Of a stretch of DNA of 64,000 nt, positions 49,501-63,353 are shown piece by piece. The position numbers were made by a program, and so were the translations under genes. The stretch comes from Mobula hypostoma (taxonomy: Eukaryota): contig NC_086107.1 of NCBI RefSeq assembly GCF_963921235.1, forward strand, positions 97,714,001 through 97,778,000, in the 5' to 3' direction. Numbering within the stretch: position 1 is the first letter of the stretch; the number at the start of each line of letters is the position of its first letter. The notes under the pieces were generated by a model. It made no database searches, had not been told where the DNA came from, and saw nothing but the letters and a program-made list of their open reading frames with translations.

Positions 49501-49865
49501 GCAGTTAGAGGTGGCCCAGATCAGAGCTCACGCTCTCAAAGGAGAGATGACGAAGGCAATTTTTACTCAGTCCATAGAATACGGAGATGGCTGGAGCCTG
49601 AAGTGAAAGACACTCTGAGACAGGAAGGTGTGGCATTGGGTTGGGGATGCTGGCAGCGCCCCAAAATGTTTGAGCACTGGAACCTGGGGCTCTGAGGGAA
49701 GTAGTTGACTAGTTTGGGGTTGCAGTGTCGAGACGGAGAGTTGGTTGAAAGTGGCGAGCAGCTGGTCAGTGGTTTCCTCCAGCTTTGGGATCGTGTGCTC
49801 CTGTCAACGGACAATTTCCTTTAGTTGAGCATATTCTGCTGGGTCAATCATTGGTTCAATCTTCC

Positions 49866-50161
49866 TGTCAGGAAATGTAGAGAAGACTTGACACAAAAGC
49901 AGGGCAGTGGAGATGACTTAGCAGTAAACAATATTTTACTAATAACCTGCAAAATAACGCCACAAAACAAGAGAGGACAGACCCTTAACACGACAAGGTA
50001 TCTGAAGACTAGGAGCAACTGGTTGAGGCTGGCTGGTTCGTATGAGTGAACAAGGATTGTGAATGAGAGCTGGGTTTAAGTAGGTTGCAGGTGAGTTGGA
50101 AATGAGTGACTCCTGTTAGCTGGGTGGAGACAGAGAAGTGTCTGCCTGTACAGGCCTGACA
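49866..50161 (-). repeat. 5' LTR of the Gypsy element (296 bp)
   Basis: Perfect terminal inverted repeat TGTCAGG...CCTGACA directly upstream of gag on the minus strand. Confidence 0.8.
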
Positions 50162-53100
50162 GATGTCCCATCCTTCCTACAACTCAGCAAAATTACACAC
50201 AATACTCCAACCCAAAGTTTTATATAGTTGCAACAGGGCTTCCTTACTCTTTATTCAGTGTCCCTACCAATGAGTGCAAGCGTGCCATATGTCTGTGTTA
50301 TCACCCTATACACTTGCATTGCCATTATCAGATAGCTATAGACTTGGTTCCCAAAATCCCTCTGTACATCAACCTTGTGTACTTTCCTCTTACCTCTGAC
50401 CTCCCGAAGTGCAGCAGCTCACACTTGCCCAGATTAAAATCCACCTGGCATTTCTCTGCCCATATCAGTAACTGATCCATACTCTGCTGTGTCCTTTGAT
50501 AGCCCTCTGCACTGTCCACAACTTCACAATTTTTGTTTCATATGAAAATTTGTGTCCTCTGCCAAATCAGTGCTACTCCTTTTTTCAAAAGGATTTGCTA
50601 GTTTCCCCTCTGGTCTCCAATGGAGTTTAATGCACATTTGTGGTTTCTGTTTCACTCTCAACCTTGATACGTTGCAGACCAAAATTTGCTTCTTCAACCC
50701 CCTCCCTTTCTAGCAAATGTTACGGGCCCCAACCCATCATGCATGGATGCCTGCTGAAAGTTCACCCTTCACAATTCTCCCACCTGGACCAGAGGAATGG
50801 TTCGGGCTCTCCGGTGTTTCCTGAGGCAGCTTGTTCTCTTCACATCCACCTATCAGCGCACTCTCACAGCTCATGACCCCGTTCCATTTCTTACTGAAAG
50901 CTGTTGCGGTCTGCACTTCCACACTATTCTCTGCTGCTTTTAAAGCTGAAACACGCCAACACATTTTCCTTCCTTTCTGTGGTCAGAGGTTGGAAACTTC
51001 TGCAGCTAATGAGTTCCAGAAGCCCTCCTGATCTTTCTTCCCTTCGCTTATCTCTAGTCCCTTCTTTCCCCATGCTCCCCCACCCCATCATGTGTGTTTG
51101 TCAGCCTCTCTGACCCTCAGCAGGGGCTCAGCTGCAACATCATCATCCTTATGTTAGCCGAATAGCCGTTGAAACTTTCTTCCACCACATCCACCAATCT
51201 ACCCACTTCTTTGTCCCTGTTCATTCCTGACTGTGAACCTGATCCATCAGGAACCCTGTCTCTGGGCTTTTCCTATCACAGTACCTATTCATTGTTGACA
51301 GCCGACAGAACATCAACTGCCCGGGTTTCTCTACTTCCCTCGCTCGCTCAAACCTATTCCCTTCTGAACTCACTCCGCACACCAAGAGGCACCCGTTATC
51401 AAGCCTGTCGACAACGTTACACACAAGAGATCCTGCAAGTGCTGGAAATCCAGAGCAACACACACAAAATGCTGGAGGAACTCAACAGGTCAGGCAGCAC
51501 CTGCGGAGAGGAACAGTTGATGTTTCAGGCCGAGACCCTTGATCCGAAATCATGAAGGGTCTGGGCATGAAATATTGACTGTTTATTCCTCTCCATAGAA
51601 GCTGCCTGAGCTGTGGATTTCTGCCGGAATTTTGTGTGCGTTATAGTGAAGAACTTAGTTGCAGGCATGAAGCATAGGATAAGTAGTGTATACGAGAAAA
51701 GCATCAATTAAATGTAAATAATACAAATTTTTACAATTAGAACAAAAAATTCTGAGTTAGTTCAAAGTGGTCATTGTGTTGTTAACGTAAGCTAATGTGT
51801 TACTAATTAAGATTATTGTTAATCTGGTTATCAAGATGTAATGAGTGCATCAAAATCAGGATTGGTGCTGGAACCCAAGCACTTTACAACATTTATGAAG
51901 GGATAAACACACCGAAGGCACACTTGGTAAGTTTGCCGAGACACTGTGATAGGAAGGAAAGTAGTTAAAACTGTCCAACACATCGCCAGCACCATCCTAC
52001 CCACCGCCAAGGACATACAGTATATACCGCACAGAAAGGTTCTGGCAAAGGGCCAGGAATATCATGCAGGATCCCACTTGAAAATTTCTACAGGTGTGCC
52101 GTGGAACGCATTCTAAATGGCTGCATGGCCATCTGGTATGGGGTTGGGTTGGGGGTGGGGGGTTACTGTACAGGATAGAGTACATTGTAAACTCAGTCAG
52201 CTCCATTATGGACACCCGCCTCCATAATATCCAGGACATCTTCAAGGAATGATATCTTAAAAAGGTGGCGTCCATCATTAAGAACCCCCATCACCCAGGT
52301 TACGCCCTGTTCTCATTGTTACCATCGGGAAGGAGGTACAGGAGCCGAAGGCACACACTCAATGATTCAGGAACAGCTTCTTCCCCTCTGCCGTCTGATT
52401 TCTGAATGGACATTGAACGCTACCTCACCACTTTTTTATTTCTGTTTGTGCACTACTTATTCACTTTAACTATTTAATACACTTACTGCAATTCACAGTT
52501 TTTTTCTCTATTATTATTACGTATTGCAATCTTCTGCTGCCGCGAAGACAGATTTTACGACGTATGCCGCTGATATTCAACCTGATCCTCTGACCCTCCC
52601 TGCTCACGGACTGTTTGTCCCACCGCCATCAGGGAGGAGGCTACACATCATCCACGCCAGGACCACAAGACTCGAAAACAATTAAATCCCCCAAGCTGTC
52701 AGGCTGATCAATCCCTTAATCATTTCCTGTACCTTACGTACAGACACTCCTGTGCCTAGCATCACTTTATGCACGTACAATCAATGTATATAAATTAATC
52801 TTACGTATTTATGATTATTGTGCTTTTTATTGTGTTCTTTACGCTTATTGTGTACTTTTGCGTTGTAGCAATCATTTTGTTCTCCATTACACTTGTGTAC
52901 TCAAAAATGACAATAGGCGATCTTGAATCTTGAAGTTGTGAAAAGGAAGCTTTAAATGGGTAAGGCGATTGAATGCGATGGCAAAGATCTGCAATGGGCA
53001 AATATGTAGGAAAATAAGATACTGTCCGTTTTGACAAGAAAAATAAGAAAGGAACGTGCTCTCTAACTAAGAGACTGCAGAGCCCGGCGATACAGAGGGA

Positions 53101-53859
53101 TGTGCACGATTTGCAGAAGGGGACTGTGCAGATACAGCATGTAATGAAGGAGGATAACAGGATGTTTATCGCTGGGATGGTAGCTCTGCTTCAGTTAAAT
53201 AGGGCAATGATGAGACCACGCCTGGCTGGGGTTGAGAGGCAGAACTGAGATACAGCAGTTTAGAGGTTACAGCACAAGCCAACCACCGGTGCTTATGCCA
53301 GTTTCTGTGGCATGAAGCGACTGAGAGTACGAGACTCCCCCACCCCCCCACCCCCGGACAGGACGCCAGATATACAGAGAATAGACAGAAAATGCTGGAG
53401 GAACTCAGCAGGCCAGACAGCATCTGTGGAAAAGAGTCACTGTTTCTCTTTTGAGACTCTTAGATAGGTACATGGAGCATAGAAAAATAGAGGGCCATGT
53501 GCTAGGGAAATTCTAGACAGTTTCTAAAGTAGGTTACATGGTTGGCAAGACATTGTGGGCTGAAGGGCCTGTAATGTGCTGTAGGTTTCTATGTTCTATG
53601 TTTTAGGCCAAGACACTTCATCAGGACTGGAGAAACAAACACGAGAAGTCAGAGCTCCACCTTCTTACCCTGACTTCTCATCTTTTTTTTCTCCAGTCCT
53701 GCTGAAGGGTCTCGGCCTGAAATGTTGACTGTTTACTCTTTTCCATAGATGCTGCCTGGCCTTCTGAGTTCCTCCAGCAATTTGCGTGTGCACTGCTTGA
53801 ATTTCCAGCATCTATAGATTTTCTCCTGTTTGTGATACAGACAATAGAGTCAGTGTCAT

Positions 53860-54640
53860 AGAGGCATACAGCACAGACACAGGCCCTTCTGCCCATCTAA
53901 TCCATGCCAAAACCATTTAAACTGCCTAATTCTATCAACCAGCACCAGGGCCATAGCCCTCCATACCCCTACCATCCATGTACCTATCCAAACTTCTCTT
54001 AAACATTGAAATCGAGCTCACATGCACCACTTGTGCTGGCAGCTCATCTCACAATCTCACGACCCTCTGAGTGAAGAAGTTTCCCCTTACGGTCCTCTTA
54101 AACATTTCACCTTTCACACTTAACCTGTGACCTCTGGTTGTAGACCCTCCCAACCTCAGTAGAAAAAATCTTCTTGCATTTACCCTATCTATACCCCTCA
54201 TAATTTTGTATACCTCCATCAAATCTCCTCTCAACCTTCTAAATAATAACCAATACAGTCCTATCCTATTCAAACTTTCCTTATAGTTCAGGTCCTCCAG
54301 ACCCGGCAACATCCTTGTAAATTTTCTCTGTACTCTTTCAAATTTCTTTACATCTTTCCTGTAGATTGTCCTGCACACAACACTCCAAATTACACCTCAC
54401 CAACATCTTACACAACTTCAACATAACATCTTATCTCCGGTACTCAATACATTGATTCTTGAAGGCCAATGTGTCAAAAGCTTTCTTTACAACCCCATCT
54501 ACCTGTGACGCTAATTTCAATGAATTATGGACCTGTATTCCCAGATCCCTTTGTTCTACCACACTCCTCAGCGCCCTACTGTTCACTGTGTAAGACCTAC
54601 CCTGGCTGGTACTACCAAAGTGCAAAACCTCGCACTTCAA
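53860..54640 (-). mobile_element. CR1 LINE 3' fragment
   Basis: KCEVLHFG..ERVQRKFTRMLPG..RRLRGDLMEVYKIM..NFFTQRVV. Confidence 0.85.
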
Positions 54641-54799
54641 GACGAAGAAATATTTTAGAACAGTGAGGTTATAGTTGTTGGGGATTTTAACTTCCCCAAT
54701 ATTGACTGGAAGTGCCTTAGTGTGAGAGGATTAAAAGGTGGCAAATTCATAAAGAGTGTATCCAAGAGAGTTTTTGACCTAATATGTTGTGTGTGAGAA

Positions 54800-55735
54800 A
54801 GATTCAAGATTATTTAATGTCATTGCCAATACACACATGTAAAGGAGAACAAAGTAATTGTTAGCCGGATCAGATGATACAGTACCAAAAAACAAAACCA
54901 CAATAAGATAAAGAACAAAATAATTTTTTTTAAATGCAATAAAAAACATAAATAGATATGATAGTTTATATAAGTAGATTGATTGTACATCCATAAAGTG
55001 ATGCTAGGTACAGGAGTGCCTATACACAAGATGACCCTGACAGTAAATGATAAACTAGTGGTTTTGCTGGGTTAGTGGGACAAAGGTTGATCAGCCTTAC
55101 TATCTTAAAATAACTGTTTTTGAGTCTGGTGGTCTTGGCACGGATGGTATGTAGCCTCCTCCCTGATGGGAGTGGGACAAACAGTCCATGAGCAGGGTGG
55201 GTGGATCGTTCATGATGTTACTGTCCCTTTTCTGGCATCTTTATGTCCCTGATGGCAGATGGACTGATGCCAGTGATGTGTTGGGCAGTTTTGACTACCC
55301 GTTGGGGAGCCTTCCTGCCCGCCGCAGGGCATTTTCCATACCATGCAGTGATGCAGCTTGTTGGGATGCTCTCCACTGTGCATCTGTAGAATGATGTGAG
55401 CATAGATGTGCAAAGCCCAGCTCTCCTCGGTCTCCTCAGAAAGTAGAGGTGTCGGTGAGCTTTCCTGATTGTGTAGGCTGTGTCCTGGGAACATGAGAGG
55501 TTGTGCGAGATGAGCACTCCCAGGAGTTGGAAACTGCTCGCAGTTTCCACTGCTGTGATGCTGATGTAAAGAGGGGTGTGAATGGTGCGGCTTCTCCTGA
55601 AGTCAATAACCATCTCCTTTGCCTTTTGACGTTGAGGAAAAAGTTATTTTCCTGGCACCAGGCCTTAAACTCTTCCACCTCCTCTCTGCAGGCCGTTGTA
55701 TTGCCGTTGGTGATGAGCCCCACCACTGCGGTGTC
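54800..55735 (-). mobile_element. Rex1/Babar LINE 3' fragment
   Basis: DTAVVGLI..VIDFRR..HLYFLRR..FYRCTVES..CITAWYG..QRVVKTAQHITG. Confidence 0.85.
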
Positions 55736-56008
55736 TACACTAATTCCTTTTACAGGCATTAGTTTTAGTGGATCAAAAATAGAAGCAGGAGAAGGTTATT
55801 CAGTCCCACTTGCCTCCTCTGCCAGTCAATATTAACTGATTGTTTACGTCAGCGGCACTGTACTTCAACCATATATTACTTAATTGTCAATATCCAGACA
55901 AGTATCTATATATGTCTTGAAATTACTCAGCAATGCATCCTCCACTATCCTTTATCATATGTTATATACTGTTATATTTAACAAATAAATTATGTACTAT
56001 GTATTATA

Positions 56009-56075
56009 CAGGACTGTGCAAAAGTCTTAGGCACCTATACAAAGCCAGGAAACCTAAGACTTTTGTACAGTACTG
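56009..56075. mobile_element. Tc1-like hairpin MITE (67 bp)
   Basis: TA-CAGGACTGTGCAAAAGTCTTAGG...CCTAAGACTTTTGTACAGTACTG-TA. Confidence 0.75.
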
Positions 56076-56372
56076 TAATTTTATCTGACCCAAAATGTCG
56101 ACTTTCACCTCCTGCCTCCGTGGATTCTGCTCACTCACTAAATTCTTCCAGCATTCTGTTCCACGTTCCAGATCATCCTGAGGAACATAAAGAACACAAG
56201 ACTGCCTTTATAGTACAATTACCTGAAACATTTAAATTTCTTCAACTTAAATGCTGCGCACCGGTGACCGACGCTGGGTTATGCTGGTGGGAGTGAGCTC
56301 ACACTGCGGCCTAGTTGGTCATCGTGATGTACCAGTCACAGTATGAGACTGGATGGGAGTGTGATTTGACAA

Positions 56373-59300
56373 TGAGTTATACTGGCGACAGTGTGAGGCT
56401 GTAGGGGTGTGTGGCCGCACTGAGTTACACTGGTGACAGTGTGAGACTGTAGGGGCGTGTGGCCGCACTGAGTTACACTGGCGACAGTGTGAGACTGTAG
56501 GGGCGTGTGGCCGCACTGAGTTACACTGGCGACAGTGTGAGACTGTAGGGGCGTGTGGCCGCACTGAGTTATACTGGTGACAGTGTGAGACTGTAGGGGT
56601 GTGTGGCCGCACTGAGTTACACTGGCGACAGTGTGAGACTGTAGGGGTGTGTGGCCGCACTGAGTTACACTGGCGACAGTGTGAGACTGTAGGGGTGTGT
56701 GGCCGCACTGAGTTATACTGGTGACAGTGTGAGACTGTAGGGGTGTGTGGCCGCACTGAGTTACACTGGCGACAGTGTGAGACTGTGGGGGCGTGTGGCC
56801 GCACTGAGTTACACTGGCGACAGTGTGAGACTGTAGGGGTGTGTGGCCGCACTGAGTTACACTGGCGACAGTGTGAGGCTGTAGGGGTGTGTGGCCGCAC
56901 TGAGTTGTACTGGCGACAGTGTGAGACTGTACGGGCGTGTGGCCGCACTGAGTTGTACTGGTGACAGTGTGAGACTGTAGGGGTGTGTGGCCACACTGAG
57001 TTACACTGGCGACAGTGTGAGACTGTAGGGGCGTGTGACCCCACTGAGTTGTACTGGCGACAGTGTGAGACTGTCGGGGTGTGTGGCCGCACTGAGTTAC
57101 ACTGGCGACAGTGTGAGACTGTAGGGGCGTGTGACCCCACTGAGTTACACTGGCGACAGTGTGAGACTGTCGGGGTGTGTGGCCGCACTGAGTTATACTG
57201 GTGACAGTGTGAGACTGTAGGGGCGTGTGACCCCACTGAGTTACACTGGCGACAGTGTGAGACTGTAGGGGCGTGTGGCCGCACTGAGTTGTACTGGCGA
57301 CAGTGTGAGGCTGTAGGGGCGTGTGGCCGCACTGAGTTACACTGGCGACAGTGTGAGACTGTAGGGGCGTGTGGCCGCACTGAGTTACACTGGCGACAGT
57401 GTGAGGCTGTAGGGGTGTGTGGCCACACTGAGTTACACTGGCGACAGTGTGAGGCTGTAGGGGCGTGTGGCCGCACTGAGTTACACTGGCGACAGTGTGA
57501 GGCTGTAGGGGTGTGTGGCCGCACTGAGTTACACTGGCGACAGTGTGAGACTGTCGGGGTGTGTGGCCACACTGAGTTACACTGGCGACAGTGTGAGACT
57601 GTAGGGGCGGTGTGGCCGCACTGAGTTACACTGGCGACAGTGTGAGACTGTGGAAGTGTGTGACCGCACTGAGTTACACTGGCGACAGTGTGAGACTGTG
57701 GAAGTGTGTGACCGCACTGAGTTACACTGGCGACAGTGTGAGACTGTGGAAGTGTGTGACCGCACTGAGTTACACTGGCGACAGTGTGAGACTGTGGAAG
57801 TGTGTGACCGCACTGAGTTACACTGGCGACAGTGTGAGACTGTAGGGGTGTGTGGCCGCACTGAGTTACACTGGCGACAGTGTGAGACTGTAGGGGTGTG
57901 TGACCGCACTGAGTTACACTGGCGACAGTGTGAGGCTGTAGGGGTGTGTGGCCGCACTGAGTTGTACTGGCGACAGTGTGAGACTGTAGGGGTGTGTGGC
58001 CGCACTGAGTTACACTGGCGACAGTGTGAGACTGTAGGGGTGTGTGGCCGCACTGAGTTACACTGGCGACAGTGTGAGACTGTAGGGGCGGTGTGGCCGC
58101 ACTGAGTTACACTGGCGACAGTGTGAGACTGTGGAATTGTGTGACCGCACTGAGTTACACTGGCGACAGTGTGAGACTGTGGAAGTGTGTGACCGCACTG
58201 AGTTACACTGGCGACAGTGTGAGACTGTGGAAGTGTGTGACCGCACTGAGTTACACTGGCGACAGTGTGAGACTGTGGAAGTGTGTGACCGCACTGAGTT
58301 ACACTGGCGACAGTGTGAGACTGTAGGGGTGTGTGGCCGCACTGAGTTACACTGGCGACAGTGTGAGACTGTAGGGGTGTGTGGCCGCACTGAGTTACAC
58401 TGGCGACAGTGTGAGACTGTAGGGGTGTGTGGCCGCACTGAGTTACACTGGCGACAGTGTGAGACTGTCGGGGTGTGTGGCCGCACTGAGTTACACTGGC
58501 GACAGTGTGAGACTGTAGGGGTGTGTGGCCGCACTGAGTTACACTGGCGACAGTGTGAGACTGTAGGGGTGTGTGGCCGCACTGAGTTACACTGGCGACA
58601 GTGTGAGACTGTAGGGGTGTGTGGCCGCACTGAGTTACACTGGCGACAGTGTGAGACTGTCGGGGTGTGTGGCCGCACTGAGTTACACTGGCGACAGTGT
58701 GAGACTGTCGGGGTGTGTGGCCGCACTGAGTTACACTGGCGACAGTGTGAGACTGTAGGGGTGTGTGGCCGCACTGAGTTACACTGGCGACAGTGTGAGA
58801 CTGTAGGGGTGTGTGGCCGCACTGAGTTACACTGGCGACAGTGTGAGGCTGTAGGGGTGTGTGGCCGCACTGAGTTACACTGGCGACAGTGTGAGACTGT
58901 AGGGGTGTGTGGCCGCACTGAGTTACACTGGCGACAGTGTGAGACTGTAGGGGCGGTGTGGCCGCACTGAGTTACACTGGCGACAGTGTGAGACTGTGGA
59001 ATTGTGTGACCGCACTGAGTTACACTGGCGACAGTGTGAGACTGTGGAAGTGTGTGACCGCACTGAGTTACACTGGCGACAGTGTGAGACTGTGGAAGTG
59101 TGTGACCGCACTGAGTTACACTGGCGACAGTGTGAGACTGTGGAAGTGTGTGGCCGCACTGAGTTACACTGGCGACAGTGTGAGACTGTAGGGGTGTGTG
59201 GCCGCACTGAGTTACACTGGCGACAGTGTGAGACTGTAGGGGTGTGTGGCCGCACTGAGTTACACTGGCGACAGTGTGAGGCTGTAGGGGTGTGTGGCCG

Positions 59301-62300
59301 CACTGAGTTACACTGGCGACAGTGTGAGACTGTAGGGGTGTGTGGCCGCACTGAGTTACACTGGCGACAGTGTGAGACTGTAGGGGTGTGTGGCCGCACT
59401 GAGTTTCACTGGCGACAGTGTGAGACTGTAGGGGTGTGTGGCCGCACTGAGTTACACTGGCGACAGTGTGAGACTGTAGGGGTGTGTGGCCGCACTGAGT
59501 TACACTGGCGACAGTGTGAGACTGTAGGGGTGTGTGGCCGCACTGAGTTACACTGGCGACAGTGTGAGACTGTAGGGGTGTGTGGCCGCACTGAGTTACA
59601 CTGGCGACAGTGTGAGACTGTCGGGGTGTGTGGCCGCACTGAGTTACACTGGCGACAGTGTGAGACTGTAGGGGTGTGTGGCCGCACTGAGTTACACTGG
59701 CGACAGTGTGAGACTGTCGGGGTGTGTGGCCGCACTGAGTTACACTGGCGACAGTGTGAGACTGTAGGGGTGTGTGGCCGCACTGAGTTACACTGGCGAC
59801 AGTGTGAGACTGTCGGGGTGTGTGGCCGCACTGAGTTACACTGGCGACAGTGTGAGACTGTAGGGGTGTGTGGCCGCACTGAGTTACACTGGCGACAGTG
59901 TGAGACTGTCGGGGTGTGTGGCCGCACTGAGTTACACTGGCGACAGTGTGAGACTGTAGGGGTGTGTGGCCGCACTGAGTTACACTGGCGACAGTGTGAG
60001 ACTGTCGGGGTGTGTGGCCGCACTGAGTTACACTGGCGACAGTGTGAGACTGTAGGGGTGTGTGGCCGCACTGAGTTGTACTGGCGACAGTGTGAGACTG
60101 TAGGGGTGTGTGGCCGCACTGAGTTACACTGGCGACAGTGTGAGGCTGTAGGGGTGTGTGGCCGCACTGAGTTACACTGGCGACAGTGTGAGACTGTAGG
60201 GGTGTGTGGCCGCACTGAGTTACACTGGCGACAGTGTGAGACTGTAGGGGTGTGTGGCCGCACTGAGTTACACTGGCGACAGTGTGAGGCTGTAGGGGTG
60301 TGTGGCCGCACTGAGTTACACTGGCGACAGTGTGAGACTGTAGGGGTGTGTGGCCGCACTGAGTTACACTGGCGACAGTGTGAGACTGTAGGGGTGTGTG
60401 GCCGCACTGAGTTACACTGGCGACAGTGTGAGACTGTGGAAGTGTGTGGCCGCACTGAGTTACACTGGCGACAGTGTGAGACTGTAGGGGTGTGTGGCCG
60501 CACTGAGTTACACTGGCGACAGTGTGAGACTGTGGAAGTGTGTGACCGCACTGAGTTACACTGGCGACAGTGTGAGGCTGTAGGGGCGTGTGACCACACT
60601 GAGTTACACTGGCGACAGTGTGAGACTGTAGGGGCGTGTGACTGCACTGAGTTACACTGGCGACAGTGTGAGACTGTCGGGGTGTGTGGCCGCACTGAGT
60701 TACACTGGCGACAGTGTGAGACTGTAGCAGTGTGTGGCCGCACTGAGTTACACTGGCGACAGTGTGAGACTGTAGGGGTGTGTGGCCGCACTGAGTTACA
60801 CTGGCGACAGTGTGAGACTGTAGGGGTGTGTGGCCGCACTGAGTTACACTGGCGACAGTGTGAGACTGTAGGGGTGTGTGGCCGCACTGAGTTACACTGG
60901 CGACAGTGTGAGACTGTAGGGGTGTGTGGCCGCACTGAGTTACACTGGCGACAGTGTGAGACTGTAGGGGTGTGTGGCCGCACTGAGTTACACTGGCGAC
61001 AGTGTGAGACTGTGGAAGTGTGTGACCGCACTGAGTTACACTGGCGACAGTGTGAGACTGTGGAAGTGTGTGACCGCACTGAGTTACACTGGCGACAGTG
61101 TGAGACTGTGGAAGTGTGTGACCGCACTGAGTTACACTGGCGACAGTGTGAGACTGTAGGGGTGTGTGGCCGCACTGAGTTACACTGGCGACAGTGTGAG
61201 GCTGTAGGGGTGTGTGGCCGCACTGAGTTACACTGGCGACAGTGTGAGACTGTAGGGGTGTGTGGCCGCACTGAGTTACACTGGCGACAGTGTGAGGCTG
61301 TAGGGGTGTGTGGCCGCACTGAGTTACACTGGCGACAGTGTGAGACTGTAGGGGTGTGTGGCCGCACTGAGTTACACTGGCGACAGTGTGAGACTGTAGG
61401 GGTGTGTGGCCGCACTGAGTTACACTGGCGACAGTGTGAGACTGTAGGGGTGTGTGGCCGCACTGAGTTACACTGGCGACAGTGTGAGACTGTAGGGGTG
61501 TGTGGCCGCACTGAGTTACACTGGCGACAGTGTGAGACTGTAGGGGTGTGTGGCCGCACTGAGTTACACTGGCGACAGTGTGAGACTGTAGGGGTGTGTG
61601 GCCGCACTGAGTTACACTGGCGACAGTGTGAGACTGTAGGGGTGTGTGGCCGCACTGAGTTACACTGGCGACAGTGTGAGACTGTAGGGGTGTGTGGCCG
61701 CACTGAGTTACACTGGCGACAGTGTGAGACTGTAGGGGTGTGTGGCCGCACTGAGTTACACTGGCGACAGTGTGAGACTGTAGGGGTGTGTGGCCGCACT
61801 GAGTTACACTGGCGACAGTGTGAGACTGTAGGGGTGGTGTGGCCGCACTGAGTTACACTGGCGACAGTGTGAGACTGTGGAAGTGTGTGACCGCACTGAG
61901 TTACACTGGCGACAGTGTGAGACTGTGGAAGTGTGTGACCGCACTGAGTTACACTGGCGACAGTGTGAGACTGTGGAAGTGTGTGACCGCACTGAGTTAC
62001 ACTGGCGACAGTGTGAGACTGTAGGGGTGTGTGGCCGCACTGAGTTACACTGGCGACAGTGTGAGACTGTAGGGGTGTGTGACCGCACTGAGTTACACTG
62101 GCGACAGTGTGAGACTGTAGGGGTGTGTGGCCGCACTGAGTTACACTGGCGACAGTGTGAGACTGTAGGGGTGTGTGGCCGCACTGAGTTACACTGGCGA
62201 CAGTGTGAGACTGTAGGGGTGTGTGGCCGCACTGAGTTACACTGGCGACAGTGTGAGACTGTAGGGGTGTGTGGCCGCACTGAGTTACACTGGCGACAGT

Positions 62301-63008
62301 GTGAGACTGTAGGGGTGTGTGGCCGCACTGAGTTACACTGGCGACAGTGTGAGGCTGTAGGGGTGTGTGGCCGCACTGAGTTACACTGGCGACAGTGTGA
62401 GACTGTAGGGGTGTGTGGCCGCACTGAGTTACACTGGCGACAGTGTGAGACTGTAGGGGTGTGTGGCCGCACTGAGTTACACTGGCGACAGTGTGAGGCT
62501 GTAGGGGTGTGTGGCCGCACTGAGTTACACTGGCGACAGTGTGAGACTGTAGGGGTGTGTGGCCGCACTGAGTTACACTGGCGACAGTGTGAGACTGTAG
62601 GGGTGTGTGGCCGCACTGAGTTACACTGGCGACAGTGTGAGACTGTCGGGGTGTGTGGCCGCACTGAGTTACACTGGCGACAGTGTGAGACTGTAGGGGT
62701 GTGTGGCCGCACTGAGTTACACTGGCGACAGTGTGAGACTGTAGGGGTGTGTGGCCGCACTGAGTTACACTGGCGACAGTGTGAGACTGTAGGGGTGTGT
62801 GGCCGCACTGAGTTACACTGGCGACAGTGTGAGACTGTAGGGGCGTGTGACCCCACTGAGTTACACTGGCGACAGTGTGAGACTGTAGGGGCGTGTGGCC
62901 GCACTGAGTTGCACTGGCGACAGTGTGAGGCTGTAGGGGCGTGTGGCCGCACTGAGTTGCACTGGCGACAGTGTGAGACTGTAGGGGCGTGTGACCACAC
63001 TGAGTTAC
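56373..63008. repeat. 48-bp minisatellite, ~138 units (ACTGGCGACAGTGTGAGACTGTAGGGGTGTGTGGCCGCACTGAGTTAC)
   Basis: Direct inspection; 16-aa periodicity in the ORF track; diverged unit at 56329-56372. Confidence 0.98.
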
Positions 63009-63353
63009 AGTAGTGTGTAGAAGTCTTAGGCATTTATACATAGCTAGAGATTTGCACAGTACTGTAGTAATTTTATGTATTGCACTGTACTGCTGCCACG
63101 AAACAAAAATAAATTTCATGACACAAGTGAGTGCTGATAAACCTGATTCTGTTATGGGTCTCTATTGTGGACTGAGAGGGGAATCATGGTTGGGAAAAGG
63201 GGAAGGGAGAGGGGAGGGAATGGGGAACACCAGAGAGATATTCTGTAATGATCAATAAACCAAGTGTTTGGAATCAAATGACCTTGCCTGGTGTCTCAGG
63301 GCTGGGTGTGTCTGCACCCGCACCACCCCCTGTTCCTGGCACTCCTCTGCCAC
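63008..63353 (+). mobile_element. Composite Tc1-like element, copy 3, truncated by LTR insertion
   Basis: TIR hairpin at 63008-63065, then cargo colinear with 40468 onward. Confidence 0.7.

Larger units (their letters stand above)
45670..50161 (-). mobile_element. Degenerate Ty3/Gypsy chromovirus (sushi-like) LTR retrotransposon; 3' LTR not found
   Basis: RT FIKKKDGSLGPCIDY..IKNHYPL..FTKLDL; integrase SSGYHLQTNG..ER; chromodomain-proximal FHMFCIKP..GGPVYTVHQLMDSR; gag start resembling MIDPAE; many stops and frameshifts. Confidence 0.9.

Noticed and set aside
56373..63008. CRISPR array or V(D)J recombination signal array
   Set aside because: No unique spacers or cas genes; GACAGTG lacks the essential CAC and no ACAAAAACC nonamer is present.
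56319..63119. Long ORFs on both strands (up to 1237 aa) with a CxxC..H..H-like repeat
   Set aside because: Expected from a stop-free 48-bp unit; 1-bp insertions break the frames, the longest ORF's ATG lies in the flanking MITE cargo, and there is no unique domain.
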